DNA of 63,607 bases, filler included, from Octopus bimaculoides (taxonomy: Eukaryota): the NCBI RefSeq assembly GCF_001194135.2. It is 7 parts of 5 records of this genome, joined end to end, with 100 filler letters (N's around TTAATTAATTAA, not from the genome) between each part and the next. Parts side by side here need not be neighbours in the genome. Positions count along the whole stretch, not along the records: positions 1 to 9,814 come from NC_068981.1; positions 9,915 to 31,096 come from NC_068981.1; 5 more parts are not named here. One strand, 5' to 3'. The notes beneath the pieces were generated by a model that was not told where the DNA came from, made no database searches, and saw only the letters and a program-made list of their open reading frames with translations. Positions 1 through 11,650 of the stretch are shown in pieces. The stretch's first letter is position 1. Each line of letters opens with the position of its first letter. A program made the position numbers and the translations under genes.

Positions 1-235
1 TGGCCCCCGTTTTAAAATAGATCCGAATGCGCCGTTGCATTCAGTTTCCAGACTGTATGAGCTGGCACTCCCGAATCATACAAGTAACAGGACGCATCCC
101 AGTTGTTGATTGGATATGAAATTCGACCAATGGCAGCCCATAATCCTGCAAAGCGACATGCTAACAAAGTAGTTCAGGCGACTCCTAAGGGTCCCAGACG
201 CGAAATTCTTTTTTTCCCCGAGAGAGTTCTGGATC
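1..235 (-). mobile_element. RTE-clade LINE, C-terminal RT-ORF fragment (decayed)
   Basis: Minus-strand frames give ...TLRSRLNYFVSMSLCRIMGCHWSNFISNQQL / MRPVTCMIRECQL, resembling the RTE 'RLD.F...LRRI.G..W.DFVSN..L' region; frameshifted. Confidence 0.55.
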
Positions 236-537
236 TCAGTAATGAACTCATTTGCATATAGCCAATCGGAGCAGAGCCACCTTTATCCTTTCTTCCTTTC
301 TAATCAGCACCGTGCATTCTTTAGTCTTTCCCTCTCTACTCACAGACACCAACTTTGCCTTGGTCAATGTTTCTTTTTGTCATTGAGCATTGCGATGGCT
401 GTGAGGTGTGCTAAAAATAACAGCTAAATAAGATTTTTTGGATAAATCTTTTAAATTAAAGTTCATTTGCCAACATCTCAATCAGTGATTTAAAACTGTT
501 TTTCTCTTTTAAATTAACATAAACATTTATTTACATA

Positions 538-620
538 GGCGCAGGAGTGGTTGTGTGGTANNNNNNNNNNTAAAGGCAGTACTCCAGCATGGCCGCAGTC
601 AAAAGTAAAAGAGTAAAGAG
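538..620 (+). mobile_element. SINE family A, collapsed across a 10-N gap (head and tail only)
   Basis: ggcgcaggagtggttgtgtggta ... ccagcatggccgcagtcaaaagtaaaagag match the two ends of the full copy at 35216-35638. Confidence 0.75.
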
Positions 621-1949
621 TATGAAAGAAAATTACCGGAGAACTTTCATCTAATTCTTCTAAACCTTTCTGTTAAAAATTGTAATGTGTTTATCGCATG
701 TAACGTGTTGTTTATCGCATTTGCATTAAACGCTGGTGGTTGTGAGGTGTGCTAAAATTTACAGCTAAATAAGATTTATTTACATGAAAAAAAATTAGCG
801 GTGGGGACCAGTCGATTAGATCGACCCCAGTACGCAACTGATACTTAAATTTATCGACCCCGAAAGGATAAAAGGCGAGGACGACCGTGGTGGAGTGCTA
901 TTTTCAGAATATTGACAACGGTGTATTTATAAAACCTTCAAGCAATTTCCGTACTTTCATATTCGTTCAAAACATCTTTGATTGCTATAGTAATTCAAAC
1001 CTACTGCTAACAAGAGTATGTGTTCAGTATAGATGATATTGGCATCTGAATGAGAGCACAAAACAAGATTCACATGGTAATCGGAGGTTGCGATTTTGAA
1101 TCCCAACATTTGTTAACTCGACAAGGTGAAGGTGAGCTCTGATTGGCTCTATGCAAATGAGTACTTTACTGGGGTCCGGAACTCTCGTTGGAAAAAATCA
1201 GGAATATTTATCTCAGTCTCCAAACTAAAAACATTGAATATACTTGTAATGCCACCATACTATGTAAGATGTTTTCAATCTGTACACGTATTGTCAATAA
1301 ATGGCTTCGTTTCCTTTTCTTTTCTTTCTTTTTTTATTTTTGTTTTATTGCTTAGGAAATTAAATAAAAGGTCCTTTTTATTCACATATGTGTAATGCCA
1401 TTATATATAAAGTCATGTCGTGTCAGCTAATTACTGATTTAAACTATTTTTGTTTTATTATTTTAATTGTTTATAGTATTTAAATAGAATGTTACTTTTT
1501 TCCAGTATCTCTTGTCTTTCTAACTAAAATTGTAACATTTTTTCTGTGACTTTTGTCGGGACTCCGACTAGATTATCTTTTAGAATTGCTTTGGGATATT
1601 GACATAGGAGTCAAGAAGGGGTATGTTGAGACTGAAAATTACTTTATATACCATATTCACTTGTGTGTCAGTCGCATCCCTAGTTTAGTGTCAAATCTCG
1701 GAATGAAATTTTCCCTTTCATATTAAGACTTGATATCAGCTTTACATCGTGTATAAGTCGCAGTCCATTTTTTTTCACTTAAAATCAATCAATAAAAGAG
1801 TGCGACTTTACCCAAGTAAATCCGGCATTTCTGACGCTTCTTTTCTCCCACTATTTTCAGCCTATGAAAACCTTGTGGTTAGGGTATTCGAAATATGATC
1901 ATAACAGGTTGCTGACTCAGTTCCTGTGTTGTGTAATGCATTGTATTCA

Positions 1950-2420
1950 TTCATAAGTATTCCATCGGATCCCAGCCTGAGTAGCATGATATGGAGGACA
2001 GCTTGTTGCCTCTCCACGTTACTGACGGAGTTAAAGAAACAGCACCGTCGTTATAATTTGGTACGAGCAATTGTCACAGGAGGTGCTCCAGAACGAAGTT
2101 GTAGACAACGTAGAACTGCCACATGTACTCCGACTCGCGATTATTTTTCCTCGGAGTTTACTCCTGAAAACTTTCCTCTGGCTCGGAAAGGCCGCAAGAC
2201 AGCAGAGGTTTGGAATCAGGGTTTTGCTTCCCCAGGCTGACTAGTTCCATCTGTCCGACTGACTTGCTGATTAGCCCATAGCTGGGACCCTGACAAATGC
2301 TACCACTGCGGGTCAGTGTAGACCTTGGAACAATAGTAGCTAAGAGGTGATTACACACTCTTCAAAACCCTGGAACCCCCGAACCGGGGCTCTATTACTA
2401 GATGCAGTTTGAAGTCATAT
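1950..2420 (-). mobile_element. Probable RTE-like LINE 5' region
   Basis: Minus strand contains ggggaagcaaaaccctgattccaaacctctgctgtcttgcggc, similar to RTE 5' UTRs as I recall them. 2290-2420 is homologous to 57385-57520 in this window. Confidence 0.45.
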
Positions 2421-2515
2421 CCAGCAACCTATACATGAGTAAAGGACTTCACTTCCTGTTTCGCTCAGCTGTAATGTGTACCAGCTGAGTACCAGTTGGC
2501 TGATGGTGCAGCCTT

Positions 2516-2540
2516 CCCTCTTTCTCTCTCTCTCTCTTTA

Positions 2541-2600
<60 letters not shown>
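2516..2600. repeat. (CT)n microsatellite
   Basis: Direct reading. Confidence 0.95.
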
Positions 2601-2602
<2 letters not shown>

Positions 2603-2961
2603 CCTTCCAGCTGTAACGGCTTCGATGTTCCGCTGGTTGAAAGATGAAGGGGACGAAAGGGTATAAGTAGACGCTCACAACTTACTTAGGCATCTAAAAC
2701 GGTTAGTGAAAACATAGGATATGTGACCAAGATAAACACACTCGAAAGTGGCTGCCAGCTGTATTACTAACTCTAGACACAGGTTGTCTATTTACATAGT
2801 CTATCATTTATCTCCACCCCTTTTCCATCTTATAATTCACTCACCTTCTGCCGTCTAGAATGCTTCTACAACGTACTTGTATACCTTCACATTCCCGAAT
2901 ATTTCTTTTAACTTGTATCGTCCATGGTTTGATTTTTCTATTTGTTATTTTTTTTTCAGCA

Positions 2962-3144
2962 TACAAGGTGGTGCTGAAAAGTTCCTCGCTTTGGCTAAAA
3001 AAAAATGCAAGTGGATCAGGTAATTCAATATTTGCAGCAGTCTTCAGTTTTTCTTAACCCGGTAAAAGAACTTGGAAGTTTGGGCTTCCACTAGGCTTTT
3101 CGTGATACACTTAAAGGCTAGGAGCTTTTCAGCAGCCCCTCATA
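2962..3144. mobile_element. Mariner-type MITE
   Basis: Imperfect ~25-bp TIRs: tacaaggtggtgctgaaaagttcct and aggagcttttcagcagcccctcata; TA at both ends. Confidence 0.7.
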
Positions 3145-3292
3145 GATGGTTTCCTATGAAGACATTTAAACTGAGATGCAAATGCATGTGTGCCAAGATA
3201 TATGAGTATATGCACTTATATAGATATTATACAAGTATGTATGTGTTTATGCATGTATGCATGCATGCATATGAGCTATTCATATATATTTA

Positions 3293-3500
3293 TTTTCTAC
3301 TTGCTTCAGTCATTAAACTGAGGCCAAGATGGAGCACTGCCTTGAGGAATGTTAGTCGAACGAATTGACGAGAGTACTTATTATTTTTAAAGCTTGATGC
3401 TTATTGCATCACTCTGTTAGGCCGAACCGCTAAGTTACGGAGACGTAAACACAACCACACGGGTTGTCAAGCGGTGGTGGGGGACACAGACACAAACACA
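3293..3500 (-). mobile_element. SINE family A, 3' half
   Basis: gccgaaccgctaagttacgg...ggttgtcaagcggtggtgggg, reverse complement of the family A tail. Confidence 0.8.
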
Positions 3501-3528
3501 CACACACACGCACACACACACACACGTG

Positions 3529-3570
<42 letters not shown>

Positions 3571-4302
3571 TATAGATAGATATATATATATATATATACA
3601 CATATATTTCTCCTGTTTGCATCACCATACCTATGGGGCGGGGGGAGATTGTGTGTGTGTCCGTGTGTATGAGCATTAGGTTAGTTAAAATATGCTTGTG
3701 GCATATTTTGACTGCAGCTACTGTTGAGAATTCACTGCAGCTATCGTTGAGAAAAGATTCTATCCTATGGTAAAAAGTGTTAAAAAAAACATATCTGCCC
3801 AGTGTTTCTCTCTAGCAGATTCCCAGACGCTCATATCTCGCTCTTTAGCCTTCCTCAATGGGAAATGCCGAGGAGTAGTCGAGGGCGGCGGTGGTGGTGA
3901 CGCGCTCACGCGTCATCCGTCACGGCCGCCTACGATTCGCCGACCTTAGGTAAAAGTATAGAATGTTTTGCCTAAGGTCGGCAAAATACTGCAGAGATAA
4001 TCCTGGACTAAGTCCGTAGGTTTCACTGAAAAACAGCAGTCAATATCAGTAACTGATTTGCGCTAGTGGTTCGCCCGGTCGGAATAAAAATAGCAGCAGC
4101 AGCACCAAACAGTTTGAAATTAACAAACTTTATTAGAAATAAACCAACTTTTAGCCAGTTAAAATATGTCTGTGACATAGTTAAAGTTCTTTCTAAAGGC
4201 AAATTCAATGCAGTTGCCCTGCAGAAGAAATGTCACGCTATATATTTTAACTAATCTAAAATTCGTTTATTCTTAATAATTACTTGGCAGTGATGCTGCA
4301 GC

Positions 4303-4568
4303 TATGTATGTATGTATGTATGTATGTATGTACTTATGTATGTACATATGCATGAATGTATACATATAGATGTAGGTATGTACATATATGTAGGGATATA
4401 TAATTACATGCATATATCCCTACATATATGTTACATACCGACATCTATATGTATACATTCATGCATATGTGAGTACAGGACATCACAAAAAACGTTTGAC
4501 ACAATGAGAAACGAAAACAAAGACGAAGACAGAAAACGAACTTTCTTTCGAACAACGAAAAAAAACAA

Positions 4569-4618
<50 letters not shown>

Positions 4619-4676
4619 GGTAGCCTGTGTGTGTGCTTGTTGTGGTAACTGTGTGATATGTGCATATACAGCATAT

Positions 4677-4743
<67 letters not shown>

Positions 4744-4800
4744 CACACATACATACATACATACATACATGTGTGTGCGTACATACACATATACATATAT

Positions 4801-4852
<52 letters not shown>

Positions 4853-4930
4853 GTAGATAGATAGATAGATAGATACAAGCACGCATACATATATACATAT
4901 ATACACACGCATACACCCACACATACAAAC
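4303..4930. repeat. Compound microsatellite field (TATG, GT, AT, ATAC, ATAG)
   Basis: Direct reading; explains the overlapping low-complexity ORFs here. Confidence 0.95.
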
Positions 4931-5756
4931 TCACATTCGCTCATATGCGTGTACATGACACTATATGGCATTGCATAATCACAAACGCCTTTTAGAGAAA
5001 ACAAAGCTTAAGTTTCCATCTACTGACTACATTTGTCGCATTCCAAACCTTTGCACTATTATCAAGGGAGTAAGTTTGGATTTCGTAAATTTCACAACGC
5101 TAACGGTAAAGTTCGGTATGTTTCAGAGATCTTCACGCCCACTGTATAAAGAATACTTCTACAAAACGCAAATACTTGTATGAGAAACGTCATACTGGAA
5201 ACTCGAGGCGTCTGAATAGCTTCTGAAATGTCTTTAGATTCAAAACAGGAAAAAAACAGAGAGGAAATAGAGAGAAAATAAGGAAGAAATGAAAGAGGAA
5301 AGGGGGAGGAGAAAGGCTACTAATATAAGCGAGAGGGTGAGAGAGAGAAAAAGGGGGGAAGTGGACAAGCTAGAAATAGAAGTAAGAGGGTGAGAGAGAA
5401 AATGAGCAAGAGTGAAAGCAGAGTGGAGTCACACAGAATATATATACTGTTAAGAAAGTCGGATGGGGTGTGCCAATACTTAATAAATGAAAATATGCGT
5501 TGCAAATAAACAATGACAGATAAAAAGACGTATACGTATATTGAGGGTACAACCGGACGGGCGACAGACACAAAAGGTCCCTAATTCTTCATCAGTTATC
5601 AACCAAAATGGTAATACTCAGTTTCACATATATACATACATACATACATACATACATACATACATACATACATACATACATTTGCTTTGCACAGAGGCAG
5701 TATCATAGCTAATCAGGGTTATCCGATGCGCGGTTATTGCTAGTTGAAACTATATA

Positions 5757-5792
<36 letters not shown>

Positions 5793-5984
5793 TTTAAACC
5801 TGGATGGGACTGCAGGCAAGTTATCTCACCTGTTTGTTATTTTCAGGTGTTCTAACACCAATTGGTATGAGTGAGTCTTCCCCCAGAGCAGCGAAGTGGC
5901 GAGCAAGCAAAACACATACATTGAGTATGTGCGGTCGGTAATGTTTACTACACTAGAGTTGCTTTTAATTTGTACATATAGTTG

Positions 5985-7350
5985 AAATCTATAGAAAAAC
6001 GAAAACCGAAGACAAGTGTATGAACAACAAGCAAGAGTATTAGTTTGACACTCGGGAAAAATGAGAAAGTCTTTTACATTTCGAGCTTACGCTCTTCAAC
6101 ATAAAGTAATAAGAGGAAATAAATAGAGACAGAATGAAAAAAGAACGTGTAGAGTTCAGCGTTCCAGCATGGTTAAGGATTGGAAAAAAAGTGGTTGAAA
6201 GAGGATGAGATAATAATAAAAAAAGAGGTTGACTGAAAGGAAGATAATAATAGTCAGTGATACCAACAAGAGAAGATGCATGTGCGTGTATATATGAGAA
6301 TGGTGTGTGAGTGTGTAAGTGTGTATATGTGAACAGGGGCGAGTGACTTTGATGTGTTTGAGTGTGTGCGCGTGTGTGTGTGCTTGTGTGTGTATTGTGT
6401 GTAGCAGTTGATGTGTGCTTTTTCGCGTGGTATGTGCTCGTGTATGAGTGCCTGTGGCCAAACGGTGTACATGTGTATGGTGTTTGCATGTGGGCGAAAG
6501 TTTTCTTTATCTATGTATGTTACGTGAGTTTGTGTGGGTGTGGGAGTGTGCATGATAGTATGTGCTGTGCGTACTGAGTTAAAGAGTGTGTATGGTTGCT
6601 CATTTGGTGGTATGTGTGATGATGCTACTGAAGATTGTGTGTGGATGTGTGGATGATGGTATGTGGTGTGAGTGTTGAGAAGTGATCAGTGCTAGTGTGT
6701 GAAGTGGTGTGGGGTTGGTGTAAATGAAGAGAGAAGGTGAGGTTGATGTCAGATGAAGAGAAGAGGTAAGTTGATCCCATGTGACGCAAAGGAGCGAAGA
6801 GAGAAGATTAAATCCTGTTCACGGTGAAGGTGGGAGTCCGAGTGGCCCCTCAACAAAGACAGTCCAAACACAGTCAGACGCTGTAGTGAATGACCGGTAG
6901 AGTAGAAATGGTGTGAGACCAGTGTCATTACCGAGTCAGATGTCTCTGAAGTGCTCCGCGAACTGGGCAGCCAAGCGACGTCCCGTTTGACTAATGTACA
7001 GGGAAAGACAGAGAGTGCTGGAGATGCAATAAATGACATTACTAGAAGTGCAAGTAAATGAGTCAGTGATGTGATAGAGACGATGATGGGTGCCTGTGAG
7101 GATGGTGGTGTTGGAGTGCTAGAGGCAGGTGCGACAGCGTGGACGAGAGCAGAGGAACGAGCCAAGTTGGGAAGTAGGGTTAGGAAAGCAACTGTGGACC
7201 AAAAGGTCACGCAGATTATGAACTCATTTGAAGGAGGGAAGGAGTAGGTTGGGGAAAATGTGCGAGATGGAAGTGTCGGACCGGAGTCACTAGAAGACTC
7301 GGAGAATGGTGCCTTGGAGAGGCAGGGTGGAGGGGTGGTAAGTGTAGGGA
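5985..7350 (-). mobile_element. Penelope-like element 3' part: GIY-YIG endonuclease remnant plus 3' UTR/pLTR
   Basis: Minus frame reads NLRDLLVHS...CSRPRCRTC..HS...HITDSFTCTSSNVIYCISSTLCLSLYISQTGRRLAAQFAEHFRDI, then after a frameshift VSHHFYSTGHS...EQDLIFSLRSFASHGIN. This is the classic PLE GIY-YIG, with stops. Confidence 0.85.
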
Positions 7351-7351
7351 A

Positions 7352-7868
7352 GCGCATGCGTGTTTACAGTGGTCATGTGATCGAAGTTTGAGCCTGATCG
7401 CACTTTTTCTTTCTGGCTTTATAGCGTAAGCATGGCCACTCCACTTGCAATGTGTACCAAAAAAGAAGAAAAAGCAGTGATCCTATTTCTCTGTTCGAAA
7501 GGTGTATCAGGTGCTGAAATTCATCGGAAGCTTTTAGCATAATACGGGGACAGTACACTACCGCGTAGAAGTGTGTATGAGTGGATAGAGAAGTTTAAAA
7601 GTGGCCGGACAAGCATGACGCATGAAGAGGGGTCAGGAAGCCAGTCAGCCTCCACCACTGACGAGAAGATTCAACAAGCACAAGAGATGGTAATAGTGAA
7701 CCGGTTAACTATTACTATCTCTCGGATCACTGCTCTTTGTTCTTCGTTGGCTCATATTGCTAGTAGGGCGCCTATGCTTACACTGTAAGGTCAGAAGAAA
7801 AACGGCGCGATCAGGCTCAAACTTCGATCGCGTGATCATAATAGTACCAGCTATAAGCACGCATGCGC
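7352..7868 (+). mobile_element. Internally deleted mariner with long inverted repeats
   Basis: IRs gtgatcgaagtttgagcctgatcgc / gcgatcaggctcaaacttcgatcgc, extending to gcgcatgcgtg. Interior encodes a transposase HTH: EKAVILFLCSKGVSGAEIHRKLL*YGDSTLPRRSVYEWIEKFKSGRTS. Confidence 0.85.
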
Positions 7869-8399
7869 AGAAGGCAGTGTGACAATAATAAGCATATGTT
7901 ACAGCGAAAGTGCGAATAATTTTTGACTTCCCCTCGTATCTCTTCGAAACGCTTATTTATAGAATGGTGGCAGCTGATGAAGGAAATGTACTTTATCCGT
8001 GTGGGTATTTTCCAATGATAATTATAGTTATATTGGTGGATATATATCATTTCGTATCCAGTTTACTCTGTGCGTTGTTTACTTAAAGGACAGCCCGAAG
8101 TGAGTGGAAGATGTGTGTAGGATTGTGAGATCAAGCTATAAGACAGGAAGGAGGAGGAAATATTTAAGGGAGAAATGGTCTCTTTATCTCATTCTTTTTA
8201 TATATACACACGCTAATACACGACCCATGTTATATTTCCCATTCATGTTGCAACCACACCTGGGACAAAACTAGTCGGTATACAGCACTTACGCGGTATT
8301 ACCTGTATCATTCGGGTCTGGTTGACTCCATTACCCTTCATAGCCTTTATATATTCATTTATATATATATTTATATAGTAAATTCAAATAAACGAATAA

Positions 8400-8530
8400 A
8401 AACGGACAACATGAGGACGTACCTAAGAAATGTACTAGCTTGACGTTCTGTGAAAGGAGAGAGTTTGACGTTTCGAGGATAGCACTTCGTCGAAAAGGAG
8501 AAATGGAAAAATCCAAAGAAGAAAATGAAA
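8400..8530 (-). mobile_element. Penelope-type pLTR-like fragment
   Basis: Minus strand contains cgacgaagtgctatcctcgaaacgtc, the motif type found in PLE terminal repeats. Confidence 0.5.
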
Positions 8531-8571
8531 TCGGCAACGGCATACGTGCAGTTAAATGATGTGTGTGTGTG

Positions 8572-8800
8572 AGGACGTATGCTCTAGTGGTTAGAATGTT
8601 GCACTCGTGGTCGCTAGATCATGATTTCAATTCCTAGACCGAGTGGCGCGTTGTGTTGTTGAACAAAGCACTTCATCTCACGCTACTCTGTGATCACTTC
8701 GACACTTGACACGTAGTACACCGCACCCCTATTCAGACAAAGTCCATCTGATTGAGAGAGTGAGCTAAGGTACGGCGCGAACCCTTGATTACTATAAACA
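8572..8800 (+). mobile_element. tRNA-derived SINE (separate family), diverged
   Basis: A box tagtggttagaatg, B-box-like atttcaattcc, then gcgttgtgttgttgaacaaagcacttcat core. Confidence 0.6.
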
Positions 8801-9754
8801 TATATATATATATATAGTTCAAAAAAACAATAACAAAAAAAAAAAAAANNNNNNNNNNNNNNNNNNNNNNNNNNNNNNNNNNNNNNNNNNNNNNNNNNNN
8901 NNNNNNNNNNNNNNNNNNNNNNNNNNNNNNNNNNNNNNNNNNNNNNNNAGGAGTCAACGACCATCCTACAAATGGAGCGGGGTTCTATCAAGGCTAATTT
9001 TGCTGACTCTCTCGACGATCCGCTGTACCTAGTAATCTCTTTAACACGTATCTTGCCTTTCTCCTGACCCAGGAAGATCTAGGTGAAGGGAAGTCCTTGA
9101 TACATAGGAGAAACCAACCAAAGTGACTTCAATCAGTTTGGTTACGATTATATTCATATTATTAGGATTACTGACTGTTGATGAATCACGTTGTTCCAGT
9201 TGCATTGTCGAAAATGGCCAGCCATTTTGTGACATTCAATATAATTCATTTTCAATTTTATTAAGTTTATAAGGCGGTGAGCCGACTGAATTGCTATAAA
9301 ATCGGAAAACTGCTTGCCGTATTTGTCCCAACTCATTACTTTCTGATTTCATATCTTGCCGAAATCAATTCTCCCTTTCATTCTTTTGGGATCGATAAAA
9401 TAAGGGGCCAGTCAAGTACTGAAGTCCATATTATTGACTTATCCCATCTCTTCAAAATTGCTGAACTTGCTCCTAAAACAGAAACAATTTTATTAAGATG
9501 AATATTTAATAAGTGTGTGAATTTGAGAGGGGAATATGATGAATATAATCATAATTAACTAATCGTTCTGTATTTTTTTTTTACTTTAAGCCAAGAAATT
9601 TTCAGCTTCCCACATTATGTTTCTATTTTTATTTTGCTGCCAAATCTTTTTAGTGATTCACATTTTAGCACCAGTGATTCACATATGTATAGGTATCTAT
9701 CTATTTGTGCGTGTGTGTGTGTGTGCATGTGTATAAATATATATATACACACAC

Positions 9755-9814
<60 letters not shown>

Positions 9815-9914
9815 NNNNNNNNNNNNNNNNNNNNNNNNNNNNNNNNNNNNNNNNNNNNTTAATTAATTAANNNNNNNNNNNNNNNNNNNNNNNNNNNNNN
9901 NNNNNNNNNNNNNN
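9815..9914. other. Artificial 100-bp gap placeholder: 44 N + TTAATTAATTAA + 44 N
   Basis: Identical structure at 31097-31196, 47630-47729, 49827-49926, 59613-59712 and 61751-61850; the linker has stops in all six frames. Confidence 0.95.
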
Positions 9915-10180
9915 TCCAAGAATTCCTCTTACTCCATCAGGAGCAGACATTCCTTTTACATTCAGAAGACTACAATTCCCCCTTCGTGTGACTTTTGCCA
10001 TGTCCATAAACAAATATCAGGGTCAAACACTGTCTGTAGCTGGTCTTCTCTTGGAAGAGCCCTGCTTCTCACATGGACAACTGTATGTTGGCTGCTCAAG
10101 AGTGGGCAGCAACAAAAAACCTATTTGTATATGCTCCACAAGGGAAAACAAGGAACATAGTTTACAATGAGGTGTTATAA
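9915..10180 (+). mobile_element. Helitron Pif1-like helicase C-terminal fragment
   Basis: PRIPLTPSGADIPFTFRRLQFPLRVTFAMSINKYQGQTLSVAGLLLEEPCFSHGQLYVGCSRVG then (frameshift) NLFVYAPQGKTRNIVYNEVL*; diagnostic Helitron helicase motifs. Confidence 0.92.
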
Positions 10181-10344
10181 TCACAACAGCAAGAAAGTAT
10201 GTACATGATCACCTTCTTTTACGAAACTTCATTGACTTTCATATATTTATATTGATATACATATCTATATATATACACATCTCTATATATAAAGATGATG
10301 CGTAGTCTAGACGGCGTTTTTAGATTTCATTATTCTCTTTAATG

Positions 10345-10730
10345 AGTTCGCATGGCTCAGTGGTTAGAGCGTCAGACATACAACCGTGAAGTTGTGAGTT
10401 CGATTACCGGACCGGGCTGTGTGATGTGTTCTTGAGCAAGACACTTTATTTTTTCACGTTGTAGCAGTCTCTACCTTTCCTTTCAGCAACATGGGCGACA
10501 GCTGGTCTTCCACAAACAATCTTGACCGGACTTGTACTTGAGAGGGAATTTTCTAGGTACAATCTCATGGTCATTCTTAAGGCTATCACACAGTTGCCGT
10601 CTACCAAATTCCAGTCACAAGACATCGGCCAAACGAAAGCAGTGATTGTGGTCTCATTAAGATCGAACCTGGAATCATGTGGTCGTGAAGAAAACACTCT
10701 AGCCATGAAACCCCGTCTGCGTCCATTATG
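10345..10730 (+). mobile_element. tRNA-derived SINE
   Basis: Head tggctcagtggttagagcgtc...gtgagttcgattacc, followed by gtgttcttgagcaagacacttta core. Confidence 0.7.
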
Positions 10731-11044
10731 ATGAAAAGCGTGGAAGCAATGACTATCGTATAATTTTGTGGGTGTTTGTACTTCCAGTTATTTCCTTCAG
10801 TGTATACTTTGTTATGAGATCAGTAGGTGGTTTGTGAGATGTGATTTGGTTACTATTTCTAGCCTGTCAAGAGATGCATAGAGGTTTTCTCAGTTGCAAT
10901 ATTGTTCAATTACCTCCCGTGTCCGAAAAAAAAAAACTTTCGAAAATTTACTTTCATTCTCATTCCACGAATTCGAAGATACAGAGTACTACTAGATAAA
11001 CATCGATTCACCGAGAGAGGGTAGATTAACTTTATCGACACCTG

Positions 11045-11650
11045 CGTGAAGGCGAATGGCTTAGGGGTTTGGGTATCCGGCTCTTGATCGTAAGGTTGAG
11101 AATTAAATTCTTATTTCTTATTTCTTTACTGCCCACAAGGGGCTATACAAAGAGGGGACAAACAAGGACAGACAAACGGATTAAGTCGATTATATCGACC
11201 CCAGTGCGTAACTAGTACTTATTTAATCGACCTCGTAAGGATGAAAGGCAAAGTCGACCTCGGCGGAATTTGAACTCAGAACGTAACGGCAGACGGAATA
11301 CCGCTAAGCATTTCGCCCGGCGTGCTAACGTTTCTGCTAGCTCCCCGCCTGATGTCGGATAAATCGATTCTTGGCGGCGCATTGTGTCCTTCAGCAAGAC
11401 ACTTTATTTCATGTTGCTCCAGTCCAATCAGCTGGCAAAAATGAGTTGTACCTGTATTTCAAAAGGCCAGCCTTGTGAATGAATCTCCCTGAGAACTACG
11501 TTAAGGGAACGCGTGCCTGTGGAGTGCTCAGCCACATGCAGGTTAATTTCATGAGTAGGCTGTTCTATTGTTTGTGTGAAGTGGAACCCTTGTCGTCGTA
11601 ACCGACGGAGTGCCAGTGAAATCCACACCTACACTGAAAATGTTTCTGGG
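11045..11650 (+). mobile_element. SINE family C interrupted by a family B copy
   Basis: Head at 11045-11108 resumes at ~11365 (ttggcggcgcattgtgtcc..cagcaagacacttta) and continues into the gtggagtgctcagccac...gacggagtgcca tail. Confidence 0.7.
11109..11350 (-). mobile_element. SINE family B, full length, tail type i
   Basis: Near-identical to 25973-26208; tRNA-like head (ctggcagaaacgttagc...gagttcaaattcc), core gtcgactttgcctttcatcc. Confidence 0.88.

Noticed and set aside
6749-7357. 202-aa minus-strand ORF as a standalone gene
   Set aside because: It is mostly an alternative frame of the Penelope GIY-YIG remnant; only its last third is in the true frame.
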